This document shows, piece by piece, positions 38,399-51,683 of a stretch of 64,000 nucleotides of DNA. The notes under the pieces were generated by a model, which had not been told where the DNA came from, did no database searches, and saw nothing but the letters and a program-made list of their open reading frames with translations. Source of the DNA: Tubulanus polymorphus (Eukaryota; Animalia; Nemertea); NCBI RefSeq assembly GCF_964204645.1, contig NC_134033.1:14392655-14456654 (forward strand), given 5' to 3'. The position numbers and the translations under genes are program-made. Numbering within the stretch: the stretch's first letter is position 1; each line of letters starts with the position of its first letter.

Positions 38399-40370
38399 AT
38401 GTCTAATTTTGGATTATTTGCGGCGCATTCGGCTGTGATCGCGGTGGTTTTAATCCACCACGTTGAATCGGTAAAAATGATCCCGCATCCGATCAACTCG
38501 CTGAAATTTAGATCTGGTCACTGTAACGACGGTATAGCCGTCCCATCAAAGGCAATAGATGCCCACGTGGTGGTCAGATCGGCAGCTGAATGCGCTAGAG
38601 TTTGTATGGAGCATCGGAAGTGTATATCGTTTAACTACCGGCGTCATGGTGAAGGTGTTAACTGTGAGCTGACCGGTTGGAGGTCGCATGATTGCAGTAA
38701 ACTGGAAACGAGATTAGGATGGAAGTTTTATTTACCGGTAAGTGATGAAAAATTGTTTATACTCTAAGACAAATTATAGGATCATTTTTATCTCAATACA
38801 TGTACTGTGAATTCAAATACAGAATTTGCACATTACCGCCACTTTTCTGATAATAAAAGATCTATATTTCATCTTGGAACTAATCAAAATTAATCTTCGA
38901 TATACTGCCATGCTCACTTCATTAAATACTAAAATCCTGAATCACCCATGCGAGCGGTTTACCTGCGGTTGACGGTATATATTCTTGATTACGTGATCAA
39001 AAGTGTAAAATCTTTATTCTCTACCAATTTCAGGAAAATCCATGTTTGAACCACGGTAAACTCGATATCGTTGACAACGTGAGAGTGTGTAGTTGTGTCG
39101 GTGCTTGGGTTGGTAAATTTTGTGAGATACGGGTTACAGGTAGGAATCCGATTGGTAGAAAATTTATTGTCAATTTATATCGATCGTTGCCGCTCTAATT
39201 AGCATTTCTCAGGCTTTACACAATTATACATCCGATTAGACAACTACGGTATGCAGTAGTAGCGAAAGCTCGTATTTCTAATAAATTCAGGTTAAAGCCA
39301 AAAAATGTTTTTACCTTTTATTCATTCATAAAGGAATGACTAGGTATGTCTAGAAGTCATTAAAAGTATCATTTTCGCATCACTTTAAAACACGATAAAA
39401 ACAAAAGAGTTGATGATATATCTAATTGATTTAGACTCATAACCTCGCCCTACATGTTTATGGATATGCTTTGAAGGTGTTTTGGTCTTTTCAAAATGAT
39501 GAATTGACCAAAAGGTGTTCAGCGTTACATACAGGCTACCTGTCCTAACGTTTATTGCTTTGCAAATGCGAAGAAGCATCTAGCATACTGTAGCTAGTTT
39601 GTATCGATTTTCGCATTATTTAGGCCCTTCCGTTCAATCACAATTTATAACAAAAATCCAATATTTTCTTTTCAGATTGCGCCAGCTACATCGACCACGG
39701 CGCTATCGACGACGGGTTCCACGTCGTGTTCATTCATCCACCGACCGCTGATCACCCGTTCCACGTGCGCTGTACGTTCTCCGGTAAAACCGCTTACTAC
39801 ATACTCGCGCAACGAATCTACGACAAGGAAAACATCCCGGGAATCTTCAACAAAACCTGGGCCGATTACAAGTACGGTTTCCGAACTAACAGCATGGTGT
39901 TCTGGCTCGGGAACGACAAGATCTATCACATAGCCCATCCTGAGTCGCGGTTCCATAGTTTGTGTTTTTATTTCGTGTTGAACAACGGCTCCCGGTTTTG
40001 CACGTTCTACAGCGGGTTTACGCTTTCTCCGGAAGAACACGGCTACGCCATGACGACGGACCACGTGGTCAAAGACGTAGTCACGGCTTCGTGTATCGTA
40101 AACAAGGTCGACGTATTGAACCCGGACAAAAAACCCGGTTTGCGTTCGCAGGGCATGAAATTTTCGACGTACGACCGAGACCAGGATCAGTCTGATCGGA
40201 ATTGCGCTCGTGAATTCGGGGGAGGCTGGTGGTATAGAAATTGTACAGATCTCGGTTTGACCGTGGCCTCCATGTCCAACATGTTTTGGTCTGATGTATT
40301 CAACAATACCAATAACACGGGACCGACAAAGATCGAGAAGATGTACATCAACCTCTGGCAAAGTCCGTAG
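38399..40370 (+). CDS. Secreted PAN/apple-EGF-fibrinogen C-terminal (FReD) protein, ~379 aa; exons 38399-38737, 39034-39139, 39676-40370
   Basis: Signal MSNFGLFAAHSAVIAVVLIHHVES; PAN SAAECARVC...CISFNY...CEL; EGF-like NPCLNHG...CSCVGAWVGKFCE; FReD WADYKYGF, FWLGND, FSTYDRDQD...NCA...GGWWYRNC. GT-AG junctions are phase-compatible. Confidence 0.88.
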
Positions 40371-40907
40371 ATGAGAAATCCTTTTCTTCGATTAAGTGAG
40401 CAAGATGTAATGACAGAGTATTGGCTAGCAAGTATTGCTGTATAGAAGTAATTATGTGAAAAATATATATTATAATTTGATTAAAAATCGACAGGAATGA
40501 ACCAAATTTAGATGGTGTTTAGTGGGTGTTTTTTTTCTTGTGGAAACTTTGATGCAACCTGTCCTAGGTGAAGTAACCAACGGGGACAGTCGGTCGTACT
40601 TGAAGGAAGGCCTTTTCGAGTTATTCTTAGGTATACCTTTGTGCTTAGTGGGACCTTGGTAATTGCATCATATATCGACCAGCAATAGAAATCGTTTTTA
40701 TGACTTCTTGCCTATATTGATAATCTATTTCAGGTATTTTTAAAACCTCGATCGAAAATCCATTTTAAAGATTTCTGAAACATAATTCAATAGATTTTAC
40801 GACGTGAAAAAAGTTATCGATAAAATATATTCGCATCAATATACCCTCGATTACTATGTGGATGGAAGTATGCATAGTCCGTGGCTGCTGCATGGGATGA
40901 GATTATC

Positions 40908-42089
40908 ATGCATAATTTGACGTTAACCAGTCGAGATTGGAAGCAGTTTGTGCGAGATGTGGACGCCCATTTTTATGGTCTGATCTGGCCGACCAGCAAA
41001 AGATCGTTGCGTGTATTCCAACTGATCATACAACCGATCGGTCTGGTCTTCAATGTCTTTACGGTGATCATTCTGATAAGGTTGAGGAAAGCTCGCAGCG
41101 TCCGTTCAACATTCGTCTATCTGATGACTTTAGCTGTTACTGATATACTTATTGTTTTTCGACAGATCGTTGTTTATCCTCGCGCATTTGTTGCTTGGAT
41201 TCTGGAAGACTTGGCACTCTATCCAAATTGTCATAATATAATCATCTACCGTCGTTCACTTATTATTACTGGGGATTGTCCCGCTGTTCTCTACTATTAC
41301 CACTACGTGTTTAACTATATTTTCTTACAGCTTTCACCCGTTTTCAAATTTGTCGATATCATCGTTAAATACACGGTCATCGCAATGAGTAACTGGACAG
41401 TCGTGGTAATAACGCTGGAACGTCTCGTTTCCGTTAGAGCGCCGTTCTTTCACATGAAACACTACACGAACCGCAGGCGACTTCAATCGGTTCTTTTCGT
41501 TGTACTGTTCAGTTTCGCTATCTACATTCAGCACAACGTTTTAGAGAATGACGGGCGGTTTTCGGAATACTTCGACGTACACACGAATCGGACGATACCG
41601 TACTACGGCTATTTTCCTCTAGTCAGCCACGATATTTACGACTTTTTCTCATTGTCCGTCGCAACAATCTTTCTGAGCGACATCGTTCCGGTTTTGTTGG
41701 TGACTGTCTTATGCATCGGGACGATTCGAACGATCAGCAAGAGACGTCGAATGTCAGAAATTCCTTCATTCAAGCCACGTACAAACAGGTCGGCGAGTAA
41801 AACGTTATTGTACGTTATCGTAACGTTCCTCGTCATTATCGGACCCTTAGCGATCTTCGATGCGATGAGGTACACCGGTCTGGCGATAGACCGCCATCTT
41901 TTCTCCGATAATTCATCATGGACCCGGTTTCGAGCGTATATCTACATTTATCTGCATATCTACCCGAACAATATATTCATATTGCTTTTCTGTTTGTGGA
42001 GGGACAGCATTTACTGTACGAACTTCTTCATTTACGCTCACACCATACCCACCTTCTGGTCAACTTTCAAACAAATGTTTGAAACATAA
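40908..42089 (+). CDS. Intronless orphan class A GPCR, array copy 1
   Basis: 7TM pattern; LAVTD, LERLVSVRAPF, TNFFIY. First ATG at 40908 (the ORF track starts at an upstream GTG). Confidence 0.85.
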   Translation: MHNLTLTSRDWKQFVRDVDAHFYGLIWPTSKRSLRVFQLIIQPIGLVFNVFTVIILIRLRKARSVRSTFVYLMTLAVTDILIVFRQIVVYPRAFVAWILEDLALYPNCHNIIIYRRSLIITGDCPAVLYYYHYVFNYIFLQLSPVFKFVDIIVKYTVIAMSNWTVVVITLERLVSVRAPFFHMKHYTNRRRLQSVLFVVLFSFAIYIQHNVLENDGRFSEYFDVHTNRTIPYYGYFPLVSHDIYDFFSLSVATIFLSDIVPVLLVTVLCIGTIRTISKRRRMSEIPSFKPRTNRSASKTLLYVIVTFLVIIGPLAIFDAMRYTGLAIDRHLFSDNSSWTRFRAYIYIYLHIYPNNIFILLFCLWRDSIYCTNFFIYAHTIPTFWSTFKQMFET

Positions 42090-42727
42090 GTTCTGAATAA
42101 GCGATTCCTTCTAAATCTACTGAACTGTCTTTTAGGTTCTTCCTTGTTAATCTCGAAAATCAAGTGTATTTCCTGCTCTTCATTAGACTCAAGTTTTCCC
42201 GATAATGTATTCTTACCTCACATGCTATTATATTGCCTGCTTGCCATAGCTGCTAAGATAGCGGCTAAAAACTTAAATATTGAAAAATCAAAATTAAGCA
42301 TTATTGGGGGTGGTCTACTGCTGAAAAACTCAAGCTTAATGACGAGCAAAATGCCAGAAGCCACACTGCGATGACTGCAGATGCAAACGTTCATTTTGTT
42401 GTTTTTTTTAAATGAAGAAATAAATATATATATATATGTGTATTCAGAGAAAGCCATTCATCCACTCGAATTTTATTTAGAGCACGTTATAATGTATGAC
42501 GTCAAACCGGAAATCAATTGGATGCATTTTTAGAATGCCGAAATACTTTTTCTAGCGTACGCCTTTAATGCTATTACAGTATGGATTTTCTTGTATGAAC
42601 TTCCGTAATAAAACTGGACTAAAAAATCACAGTATTGACAAATATGATATCATCGATAAAAAAAAAGATAATCTTCCATCCGATGCAGTGAGAGAGCGGC
42701 GAATTGGGCGTTGCCATTCAGTAGACG

Positions 42728-43885
42728 ATGAAGGATAATTCAACTGTAGATTGGCAGCAGTTCGCTTGGGACGTGGACGCTTATCTCAACGGTCTTCTGT
42801 GGCCGATCAGTAAAGCAGCCCTTCGTCTCTGGAACCTGATTTTGAAACCGATCGTCGGTTCCACCTTCAACATCTTTACAATTATTATACTGGTTAAGTT
42901 GAGGAAGACTCGTAGCGTCCGTTCTACATTCGTCTATCTGATGACTTTAGCTGTCACTGATATATTTGTTGTATTTCGACAGATCGTTGTATATCCTCGT
43001 TCGTTAGTCGCTTGGATTCTAGAAGATCTGGCACTCTATCCGAATTGTCATGATATCGTCATCTACCGTCGTTCACTGATTCTAACAGGTGATTGTCCCG
43101 CTGTTCTCTACTATTACCACTACGTGTTTAACTACATTCTATTGCAGCGTTTCCCGGTATTTAAGTTTTTTGATACCATTTTTAGATCCACAATAGTCAC
43201 TGTAAGCCACTACACGGTGGTTGTAATTGCAATGGAACGATTCGTTTCCCTCCGGGCGCCGTTCATTCACATGAAATATTTCACGAATCGTAAACGAACG
43301 CAATTCGTCGCCGCCGTGGTAGTGTTAAGTTTCTTGATTCAAACGCAAAAAAATATCTTGGTAAACAATCAAGAGTTCGTTGAATACCAGGTTAGCGCCA
43401 ATCATACAGTTCCGTATTGGGAATTTAATCCACTCGTAAGCGGTTATAGTTACGATAAATCTGCCGTTACGATAGCCACGATTATTCTGTTCGAAATTGT
43501 CCCAGTTTTATCAATTACTGTCCTATCATTGGGAACGATTAGATTTATTAGCGGCGCTCAAGTCGCATCAAGCCAACGCCCGAACAAGAAAACCAACAAA
43601 ACGTTGATATACGTTGTACTGACTTTTTTAGTTATTGTTGGACCAGTTGCAATGCTAGATATAATCAGATATACCGGGGTATCCTTATCTTTTAACTGGA
43701 ATAACTCTCAGTGGACCAAATATCGAGCCTACGTTTACATTTATTTCTTTATATACTCCAATCATATATACATATTGCTGTATTGCGCGTGGAGAGAAAG
43801 TATACACTGTATCAATTTCTTTATATACGCGCACACGATACCCGCGTTCTGGCCGACTTTCAAATCGACAATTTTGAAAGTATAG
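42728..43885 (+). CDS. Intronless orphan class A GPCR, array copy 2
   Basis: 385 aa; LAVTD, MERFVS, INFFIY. Confidence 0.88.
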   Translation: MKDNSTVDWQQFAWDVDAYLNGLLWPISKAALRLWNLILKPIVGSTFNIFTIIILVKLRKTRSVRSTFVYLMTLAVTDIFVVFRQIVVYPRSLVAWILEDLALYPNCHDIVIYRRSLILTGDCPAVLYYYHYVFNYILLQRFPVFKFFDTIFRSTIVTVSHYTVVVIAMERFVSLRAPFIHMKYFTNRKRTQFVAAVVVLSFLIQTQKNILVNNQEFVEYQVSANHTVPYWEFNPLVSGYSYDKSAVTIATIILFEIVPVLSITVLSLGTIRFISGAQVASSQRPNKKTNKTLIYVVLTFLVIVGPVAMLDIIRYTGVSLSFNWNNSQWTKYRAYVYIYFFIYSNHIYILLYCAWRESIHCINFFIYAHTIPAFWPTFKSTILKV

Positions 43886-44622
43886 ATAATAAATAATAAT
43901 CTATTTAAATAATAAACTATAACGGATAACGCGATTCCCATATCTTACATTAGTCATGTTGTTTTTGTAATGATATTCGCAGCATTAAGTGGTTGAAACT
44001 GCTTGGTTTTGACTTATTAACTTTGAGAGAAGTAGTTATCGGAACACTTTGAAATTTCTCTCTGTTCCCTGCTAAATTTAGGTAAAATATATTTCAATAC
44101 AGATATAATTCATATAGGTACCTATACGCTAATCCGACGGGATCTTGCTGTTTGCATTTCAAATCAATCAGCGAAGCATTTTTAAAACTCAATTTAAAAA
44201 ATACATTTGTTGATTTCATATAGGTTATGTAAAAAAGTATTCCAAGCAAAAATATGTTGACGTCACAACGAACCACTAAACTGATACTTAAACTCTTACT
44301 ATAATAATAACAGTTTAATAACAATTATACAAAATACTTATATGAAAATTCATTCATTCACTCGAATTTTATTTAGAGCACGTTATAATGTATGACGTCA
44401 AACCGGAAATCAATTGGATGCATTTTTAGAATGCCGAAATCCTTTTTCTAGCGTACGCCTTTAATGCTATTACCGTATGGATTTTCTTGTATGAACATCC
44501 TGAATAAAACTGGACTAAAAAATCACAGTATTGACATATATGATATCATCGATAAAAAAAAGATAATCTTCCATCCGATGCAGTGAGAGAGCGGCGAATT
44601 GGGCGTTGCCATTCAGTAGACG

Positions 44623-45780
44623 ATGAAGGATAATTCAACTGTAGATTGGCAGCAGTTCGCTTTGGACGTGGACGCTTATCTCAACGGTCTTCTGTGGCCG
44701 ATCAGTAAAGCAGCCCTTCGTCTCTGGAACCTGATTTTGCAACCGATCGTCGGTTTCACCTTCAACATGTTTACAGTTATTATACTGGTTAAGTTGAGGA
44801 CGACTCGTAGCGTCCGTTCTACATTCGTCTATCTGATGACTTTAGCTGTCACTGATATATTTGTCGTATTTCGACAGATCGTTGTTTATCCTCGTGTACT
44901 TGTCTCTTGGATTCTGGAAGACTTGGCACTCTATCCGAATTGTCATGATGTCGTAATCTGGAGACGCTCGCTGATTCTAACAGGAGATTGTCCCGCTGTT
45001 CTCTACTATTACCACTACGTGTTTAACTACATTCTATTGCAGCGTTTCCCGGTATTTAAGTTTTTTGATATCATTTTCGAAACCACAATAGTCGCTATAG
45101 GCCACTACACGGTGTTGGTTATTGCAATGGAACGATTCGTTTCCGTGCGAGCGCCGTTCATTCACTTGAAATATTTCACGAATCGAAAACGAACGCAATT
45201 CGTCGCCGTGGTTGTAGTGATAAGTTTCCTGATTCACACGCAAAGAAATATCTTGGTAAACAATCAAGAGTTCGTTGAATACCAGGTAAGCGCCAATCAT
45301 ACAGTTCCGTATTGGGAATTTAATCCACTCATCGACAGCAACGATTACGATAAATCTGCCGTTACGGCAGCCACGATTATTCTGTTCGAAATTGTTCCAG
45401 TTTTATCAATTACTGCCCTATCATTGGGAACGATTAGATCTATCAGCGGCGCTCAAGTCGCATCAAGCCAACGCCCGAACAAGAAAACGAATAAAACATT
45501 GGTATACGTTGTACTGACTTTTTTAGTTATTGTTGGACCAGTTGCAATGCTAAATATTATCAGATACACCGGGGTATCCTTATCGTTTAACTGGAATAAC
45601 TCTCAGTGGACCAAATATCAAGCCTATATTTATATCTATGTCTTTATATACCCCAATCATATATACATATTGATGTTTTGTGTGTGGAGAGAAAGTATTC
45701 ACTGTATCAATTTCTTTATATACGCGCACACGATACCCGCGTTCTGGCCGACTTTCAAATCGACAATTTTGAAAGTGTAG
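44623..45780 (+). CDS. Intronless orphan class A GPCR, array copy 3 (recent duplicate of copy 2)
   Basis: 385 aa; the ~270 bp upstream (44352-44622) is nearly identical to 42455-42727. Confidence 0.88.
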   Translation: MKDNSTVDWQQFALDVDAYLNGLLWPISKAALRLWNLILQPIVGFTFNMFTVIILVKLRTTRSVRSTFVYLMTLAVTDIFVVFRQIVVYPRVLVSWILEDLALYPNCHDVVIWRRSLILTGDCPAVLYYYHYVFNYILLQRFPVFKFFDIIFETTIVAIGHYTVLVIAMERFVSVRAPFIHLKYFTNRKRTQFVAVVVVISFLIHTQRNILVNNQEFVEYQVSANHTVPYWEFNPLIDSNDYDKSAVTAATIILFEIVPVLSITALSLGTIRSISGAQVASSQRPNKKTNKTLVYVVLTFLVIVGPVAMLNIIRYTGVSLSFNWNNSQWTKYQAYIYIYVFIYPNHIYILMFCVWRESIHCINFFIYAHTIPAFWPTFKSTILKV

Positions 45781-46906
45781 CCGATTACGTTAAGCGCCAA
45801 ACCCGCATAAGTCACGTAGTTTTTGTATTGATATTCGCTGGATAATGACAAATTTTGAGCAGCATCAAGTGGTTGAAGCTGCTTGGTTTTCACTTGTAAA
45901 CTTTGTTAGAAGTAGTAATCAGAATGCTTTTAAATTCCCTTCTGTTCCTAGATAAATTAAGGCAAATATTTCAATAAAGGTATAATGCATATACGTACCA
46001 TATGCTAAGCTGGTAGGATTTTGCTGTTTGCATTACAAATCGACCAGCTAAGTATTTTTAAGACTCAATTGAAAATATATTTGTAGATTTCATTACATAG
46101 ATTATGTAAAAAAGTAGCCAAGGCAAAAGTTCGTTGACGTTAACGAAGCCCTTAGCTGATAAACTGTTTTTATCAGTGAAAGTATATGCATTGCCATTTC
46201 CTGCTTCATTGGTCATAATTATCGTGCATAACCTGACGATAAACTAGCCGAGATTTGAAATCTGCGGAAATGGTGGCTAGGAACCGATAAACTGTTGTAC
46301 ACATACATCTTCGGTGTTTTTCTAAAGCATTGGACCAATTCATAAAAGTCTAATCGTTATGAATCGGGGATTCGATATTTAGTATCTCAGTGTTAAGTAT
46401 TAAGTATCTTATTGTGTTAAAAAGTTATCTTAACTTCACAAAATATACGATGACATTAACACAGAACAGAGCAAGAAGAGCAAACCATATGACTTGTGTT
46501 CATATATTGTGGACTGACCTAGGGGCAAATCTAGCCAAGGTTTATGAGTACTGCTTAGCTATATGGAAGGGCACTCTATGTCATAGAAAACATTAAATCT
46601 TAGAGCTCTGAGATGCAATCTGAGTCAATTTGGGGCATCAAATCCTGCATACACAAAATATGACATGTTAGATTATTATTTCGATTATTCAAATTGGCCA
46701 TTTTATACTATTTCAATCAGAACTTGAAAAAATAGAAGGGCACTCTTCTACCATCGCGAGTACCGCTCAAGCGGTAGTAGCCTGGATCCGCCCCTGTGAT
46801 CCCACGCTCAATGACGAGCAATTGCCAAAAGCCGCTGCAATTAGAGAAATGCATTCTCGTTGCAGACATGTACTTGTCTATCACTGGGACATAGCACTAA
46901 AGACAT

Positions 46907-47064
46907 TGGACCAAGTATCGAGTCTATCAACGTTAACATTTATATCTACCCCATTCATAAACATTGCTGTTCTGTGTGTGGGGAAATAGCATACATTGTA
47001 TAGCACAAGTTCTTTATATATACGCGTTCTGGACGACTTTCAAATCGATAATTTCGAAAGTTAA
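46907..47064 (+). pseudogene. Degenerate 3' fragment of an array GPCR
   Basis: TGGACCAAGTATCGAG...TTCTTTATATATACGCGTTCTGGACGACTTTCAAATCGATAATTTCGAAAG matches the WTKYR...FFIY...FWPTFKS end of copies 2/3, with indels. Confidence 0.75.
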
Positions 47065-49025
47065 ACTGATCACGAGAAACTGCAAACTCTTTACATCAAT
47101 GCAAAATCGAGAAAGTGTATATTTTCATTCACGCACTTGAGCAACGATCTCTTCGATTTACGTAGGGCAGTCAGTCGTGATCTTCAGAACGAGAATCGCA
47201 TATTTAGAGGTTTACTGGCTGTTATTGATAACTCTTCTTCGATCCCCTGTCAGCTTATCCCCTGTCAGCTGGTTGTTTGAATTGATAACCGCTGGACAAT
47301 GAAAATGAGCGAGCGGCATCAAGTGGTAATAAGCTGCTTGTTGGTTTTCACGTATAAACATTGCTTTGTTAGAAGTAATAATCAGAACACTTTGGAATAC
47401 TATTTCTTTTTATTTGCAGGTGAACTTAGGGGCAAAACTAACAAATATTACAACTAAAATATTGAATTTATGCCGTCTGCAAATGCACCAAACGACTATG
47501 CCTATATCATTGCGTACATCGTGCGTATTAACTTTCACATCGTGTATTTCATTCGATCCGAATATGACGACGCTTTTACGATAAACTTAATGCTTATAGC
47601 ATGCTACGCCATCCTCGCCTGTCAACGGTCCAGTCTCGCAATCCGAACTCGCTTCCACCAGCGCCCACTGGCCTCACGACGCGTGATTTCACTAAAATGG
47701 CGCATTAGCGTATGACGTCATCACCTTGCGAAATACTTCCTTTGTCGTTGAAACGTTCGCTGATTAGTCCATTTTACGGGAAATCCAACAGAAGCCTAAT
47801 GTCGTTTGTTACAAGCGCTGTGATTGGTACGACCGGATTCTGGTCGGCTAGTAACGACTCCAACGACTCGCGAGGTTAAGGGGGTTCGGGGAATGGCGTC
47901 TAGTTAGTTCGAATCTCATGACGGGTGAAGATATCCTACCCTAGCCTATCGGATATCACCAGTCCTAGTCGATACACATTAAGCGTAGTCGACTGCGCAT
48001 ACTCCATTCCAATTTATAACTTACATTCAATTGTGTTTCCCTCCATGTATCATGAATTAATGCAATTCGAACCATCCATGTATGTAACTTCATACTTTAC
48101 AAGAGATGGCGCATTTTTTCCCATCGATTGCCGTCATCATCATAGAACATTTATCGTAATGACGGAAGTTGAAGTTGAAGCTTCTTGGACAATTCAGTCA
48201 CCTTGCGGTGACTTCTCAAAATTTCCCAATGAAATATATTTAAACATGGGGTTCGACCAGCAGTCATCACTGGCCATTCTCCAGCACGCCATCGGTTACA
48301 AAAATCTACGTTTAAGTTCAAATTCAACATGCTGGAGTATCTTAGAACAGGTCTTGAAATTTCGTTCTGCGCGCGCCCGATAAGGTCTTCCAAGTTGGCT
48401 GAAATGTTTTTGAGGAATTTTCAGATCCCTTCAAGACATCGCTGCCCAGTTGACATTTGTCTGTCCAATGAGAAAACATCGATATAAAACGACCATCCAA
48501 ATCGGTCGTGCACGAAACAATGTTGACAAACCTTTCCTTATTTTAAACTCTTATGATGATGCATAGCAATTAAAATGCACTCATTACTTTAGAATCAAAA
48601 CCAAATTTATTTTGAAAAGCTTTTTTCTGAACCAACGAATAGGTAGTCATAGACATTGGCACTTATTTGTTAAGGTAGGGCATAAGGCTTTTGAGAGGTA
48701 CGATCATAAATTGATATCTTAATGATATTGAAGCAGAATTCGGTTTGACGACGATGCGTTCATATGTCATGGGATGAAAAAGTGCAAGCAATAATCAATG
48801 TAAAACACTAATAGATTTATTAAATCCTCTGATATCAAATAATCGAAGCGAAACTTTTAAAAAGTTTGGATCTGACGATGCAGTACCTATCGATTTCAGA
48901 TACGATCCACATGAATAGTAGAAATATGATATCCAAAACAAAATACCATCATCCTAAAATCTATAGCACGAGTTTCATAAAGAAAGACTAGAAATCAAAT
49001 AGAGCTTCGTAAGCGGATTTCAGCG

Positions 49026-50198
49026 ATGACGAAGAACATAACGGTAAATGATGTAGATTGGCAGCAGTTTGTTCTGGACGCGGACGCTTATCTGGATAGG
49101 TTACTCTCACCGACCACTAACAGAGCTCGACTTGTTTCGGAGCTGCTCATACAACCGATCGGTCTAGTCTTCAATATATTTACAGTTATTATACTGGTTA
49201 AGTTGAGGAAGACTCGTAGCGTCCGTTCTACATTCGTCTATCTGATGACTTTAGCTGTCACTGATATATGTGTTGTATTTCGACAAATTGTTGTTTATCC
49301 CCGCGCATTTGTTGCTTGGATTCTGGAAGACTTGGCGCTCTATCCGAATTGTCATGATGTCGTAATCTGGAGACGCTCACTGATTCTAACAGGAGATTGT
49401 CCCGCTGTTCTCTACTATTACCACTACGTGTTTAACTATATTTTCTTACAGCGTTTCCCAGTTTTTAAATTCTTTGATATCGTTTTAAAGTACACCGTCA
49501 TAACGGTCAGTAATTGGACAGTCGTAGTTATAGCGTTAGAGCGTTTCGTTTCTGTACGGGCGCCGTTTTTTCACATGAAATACTTCACGAATAGGAGAAG
49601 AATCAAACTCATAATTGTCGTCGTGGTTCTGGGCTTTCTGATTCAAATCCAACAAAATGTTCTAGATAATCGTTTAGTGTTACTCACATATACAGACATA
49701 AATGAGACATATCTGTATTGGGATTACCGGAGACTCGTTCCACGAGTGGCTTATGACTACGGCGCCCTTGTCACCGTAACTCTATTCTTGTCTGATGTTA
49801 TACCAGTAGTACTGATCACTGGTCTATCTATTGGCACCATCAGCTTCGTACGCCGAATGAATAACACTGACATGACATCATCAACCCGTCAAAACAAAAG
49901 CGCAAATAAGACATTGTTTTATGTTGTTATTACCTTCCTGGTTATCATCGGCCCATTGGCAGTATTAGACATATTGCGATATCTTGGACTTTCTTTTGAG
50001 ACTAAGCTGTATCCAGTCCCGTCACCGTGGACCAGACAGAGGGCATATCTGGCTATCTATCTGAAGTACGTTCCACACAGAATTTTTCTCTTGCTGTACT
50101 ATATCGACAAGAAGCTAGTCTATTGTGTCAACTTCTTTATATATGTCGGAACGATTCCTGTTTTCTGGCCAACCTTTAAGAAATTGTTTCGAAAATAA
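49026..50198 (+). CDS. Intronless orphan class A GPCR, array copy 4
   Basis: 390 aa; same motifs as the other copies. Confidence 0.88.
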   Translation: MTKNITVNDVDWQQFVLDADAYLDRLLSPTTNRARLVSELLIQPIGLVFNIFTVIILVKLRKTRSVRSTFVYLMTLAVTDICVVFRQIVVYPRAFVAWILEDLALYPNCHDVVIWRRSLILTGDCPAVLYYYHYVFNYIFLQRFPVFKFFDIVLKYTVITVSNWTVVVIALERFVSVRAPFFHMKYFTNRRRIKLIIVVVVLGFLIQIQQNVLDNRLVLLTYTDINETYLYWDYRRLVPRVAYDYGALVTVTLFLSDVIPVVLITGLSIGTISFVRRMNNTDMTSSTRQNKSANKTLFYVVITFLVIIGPLAVLDILRYLGLSFETKLYPVPSPWTRQRAYLAIYLKYVPHRIFLLLYYIDKKLVYCVNFFIYVGTIPVFWPTFKKLFRK

Positions 50199-51683
50199 CC
50201 ATTTCTACGGGTACATCACTAACTAGATCAGAGAAGAGATTCTGTTCAAATACAGTACCAATTTTTAACGTTACTCAATTTTAACCAAGACGTGAACTTA
50301 CGTAAATAGTGTCTGTGCATTGTGGCTAAAGCTGAATTATGGAGACATTTAGTTCTCTAACGCTAAATCAGGGGCCTGAATTCCTTTTTTCGGCCTCAGA
50401 CACGATGGCATATTAAGCCCCAGAACACTAAATCAAGTAATCGGAATTATTATAGCAAAGCTAAAATTCACTTATAGTTCTTGTATATACTTAATCTATA
50501 TTTCATATTCTTTTAATGTTAGAATGTCTGTATGTAATTATTCTTTGTCTTCTGAAACTATCGTATTAACTATTGTTTGTCTCCTGTCATGTCACTACTC
50601 GTCACCTTTTTTCTTACATTAATTTCCTTGTTTCTACTCGTCTTGTATCCAATGTATATAAAAAGTTTATGTTTAAAATAAAGATCAGTCAGTTTTGGAT
50701 TCCAAACTGAAACGTTCACTCGTCATTTCATCCGGATTTCCGATATCGACTATTCTTCGAGAATATGACTTAGAAATATGTTATAGCACTTAGAAACATG
50801 TTATACGAGTTAAATTTACGTTATTATATTATCCTGTCAGTAACTTAATAATCATCTTTTCGTAGTAAATACATGCATATTGTATACAAAAGGTAACTTC
50901 GTTATATGTATCGGGCAAAAGTAGAGTTAGCATCAACACTTAGAAATATGTTATACAAGTAAAAACTTTATTGTGTGTTTCTATTAAAATAATCTATGAT
51001 TAAGATTCAATAAAATAATTGAAGGAATGTAATAGATCAGGTTATTGTTCGATAAAAAGAGACTATTTTAAAAACCAATTCAGCACAAAAAAAATGCCTG
51101 AGCCCATTTCATAATCAATACGTCCCAGTGCCTAATTAACTAGCCCATATCATACAATTAGTTTCTAATACATTTCCAATTAGATGTAAATGGAATCCAA
51201 AGAAATGATTTTGAGAAAACGTGTATTTGCATATCTGTAGACGATTCGGATAAACAAGGATCAACATAAAGATTGTTTTATGACATTGCTGTAGGCTTTG
51301 TCTGGTTCGTGAAATATGCTGTATGATTGTCACTTTATATGCTGAAGCACTTTCTGTGTTCAGATATAAGTTTTGTTCAATCCTATCATAACGTACGTTA
51401 TTAAAAGCATGAATGGCAACGAAGATATGAAATAAAAAAATGGGAGAGGATTCCACAAAATCATTTCATAATCAATTAATTGCCTAAGGCCTACATTTCT
51501 TTGCATTAGAGAATATTTAGTTTTTACGTAGAATGAATAGATTTCCAATAGCATCCAGAAAACGATGTTATAATTTTATATTTAAAAAAAAATTCACCAA
51601 ATCTGTAGACAGTTATATAGAGCAAAGAAGAACGATAACAATCGATAGTTGCAACGTCATTAGAAGTTGATGGTCTGGTAGCA

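Noticed and set aside
39672-40361. 229-aa minus-strand ORF
   Set aside because: Antisense shadow of the fibrinogen-domain exon.
47925-48393. Overlapping 152-aa and 80-aa ORFs inside the GPCR array
   Set aside because: Non-ATG starts and no recognisable motifs; probably decayed repeat or intergenic DNA.
51136-51456. 106-aa ORF repeated at 53236-53556
   Set aside because: Lies in a recently duplicated intergenic block on the opposite strand; copy 1 has no ATG start and neither copy has a recognisable domain. Recent duplication explains the similarity.
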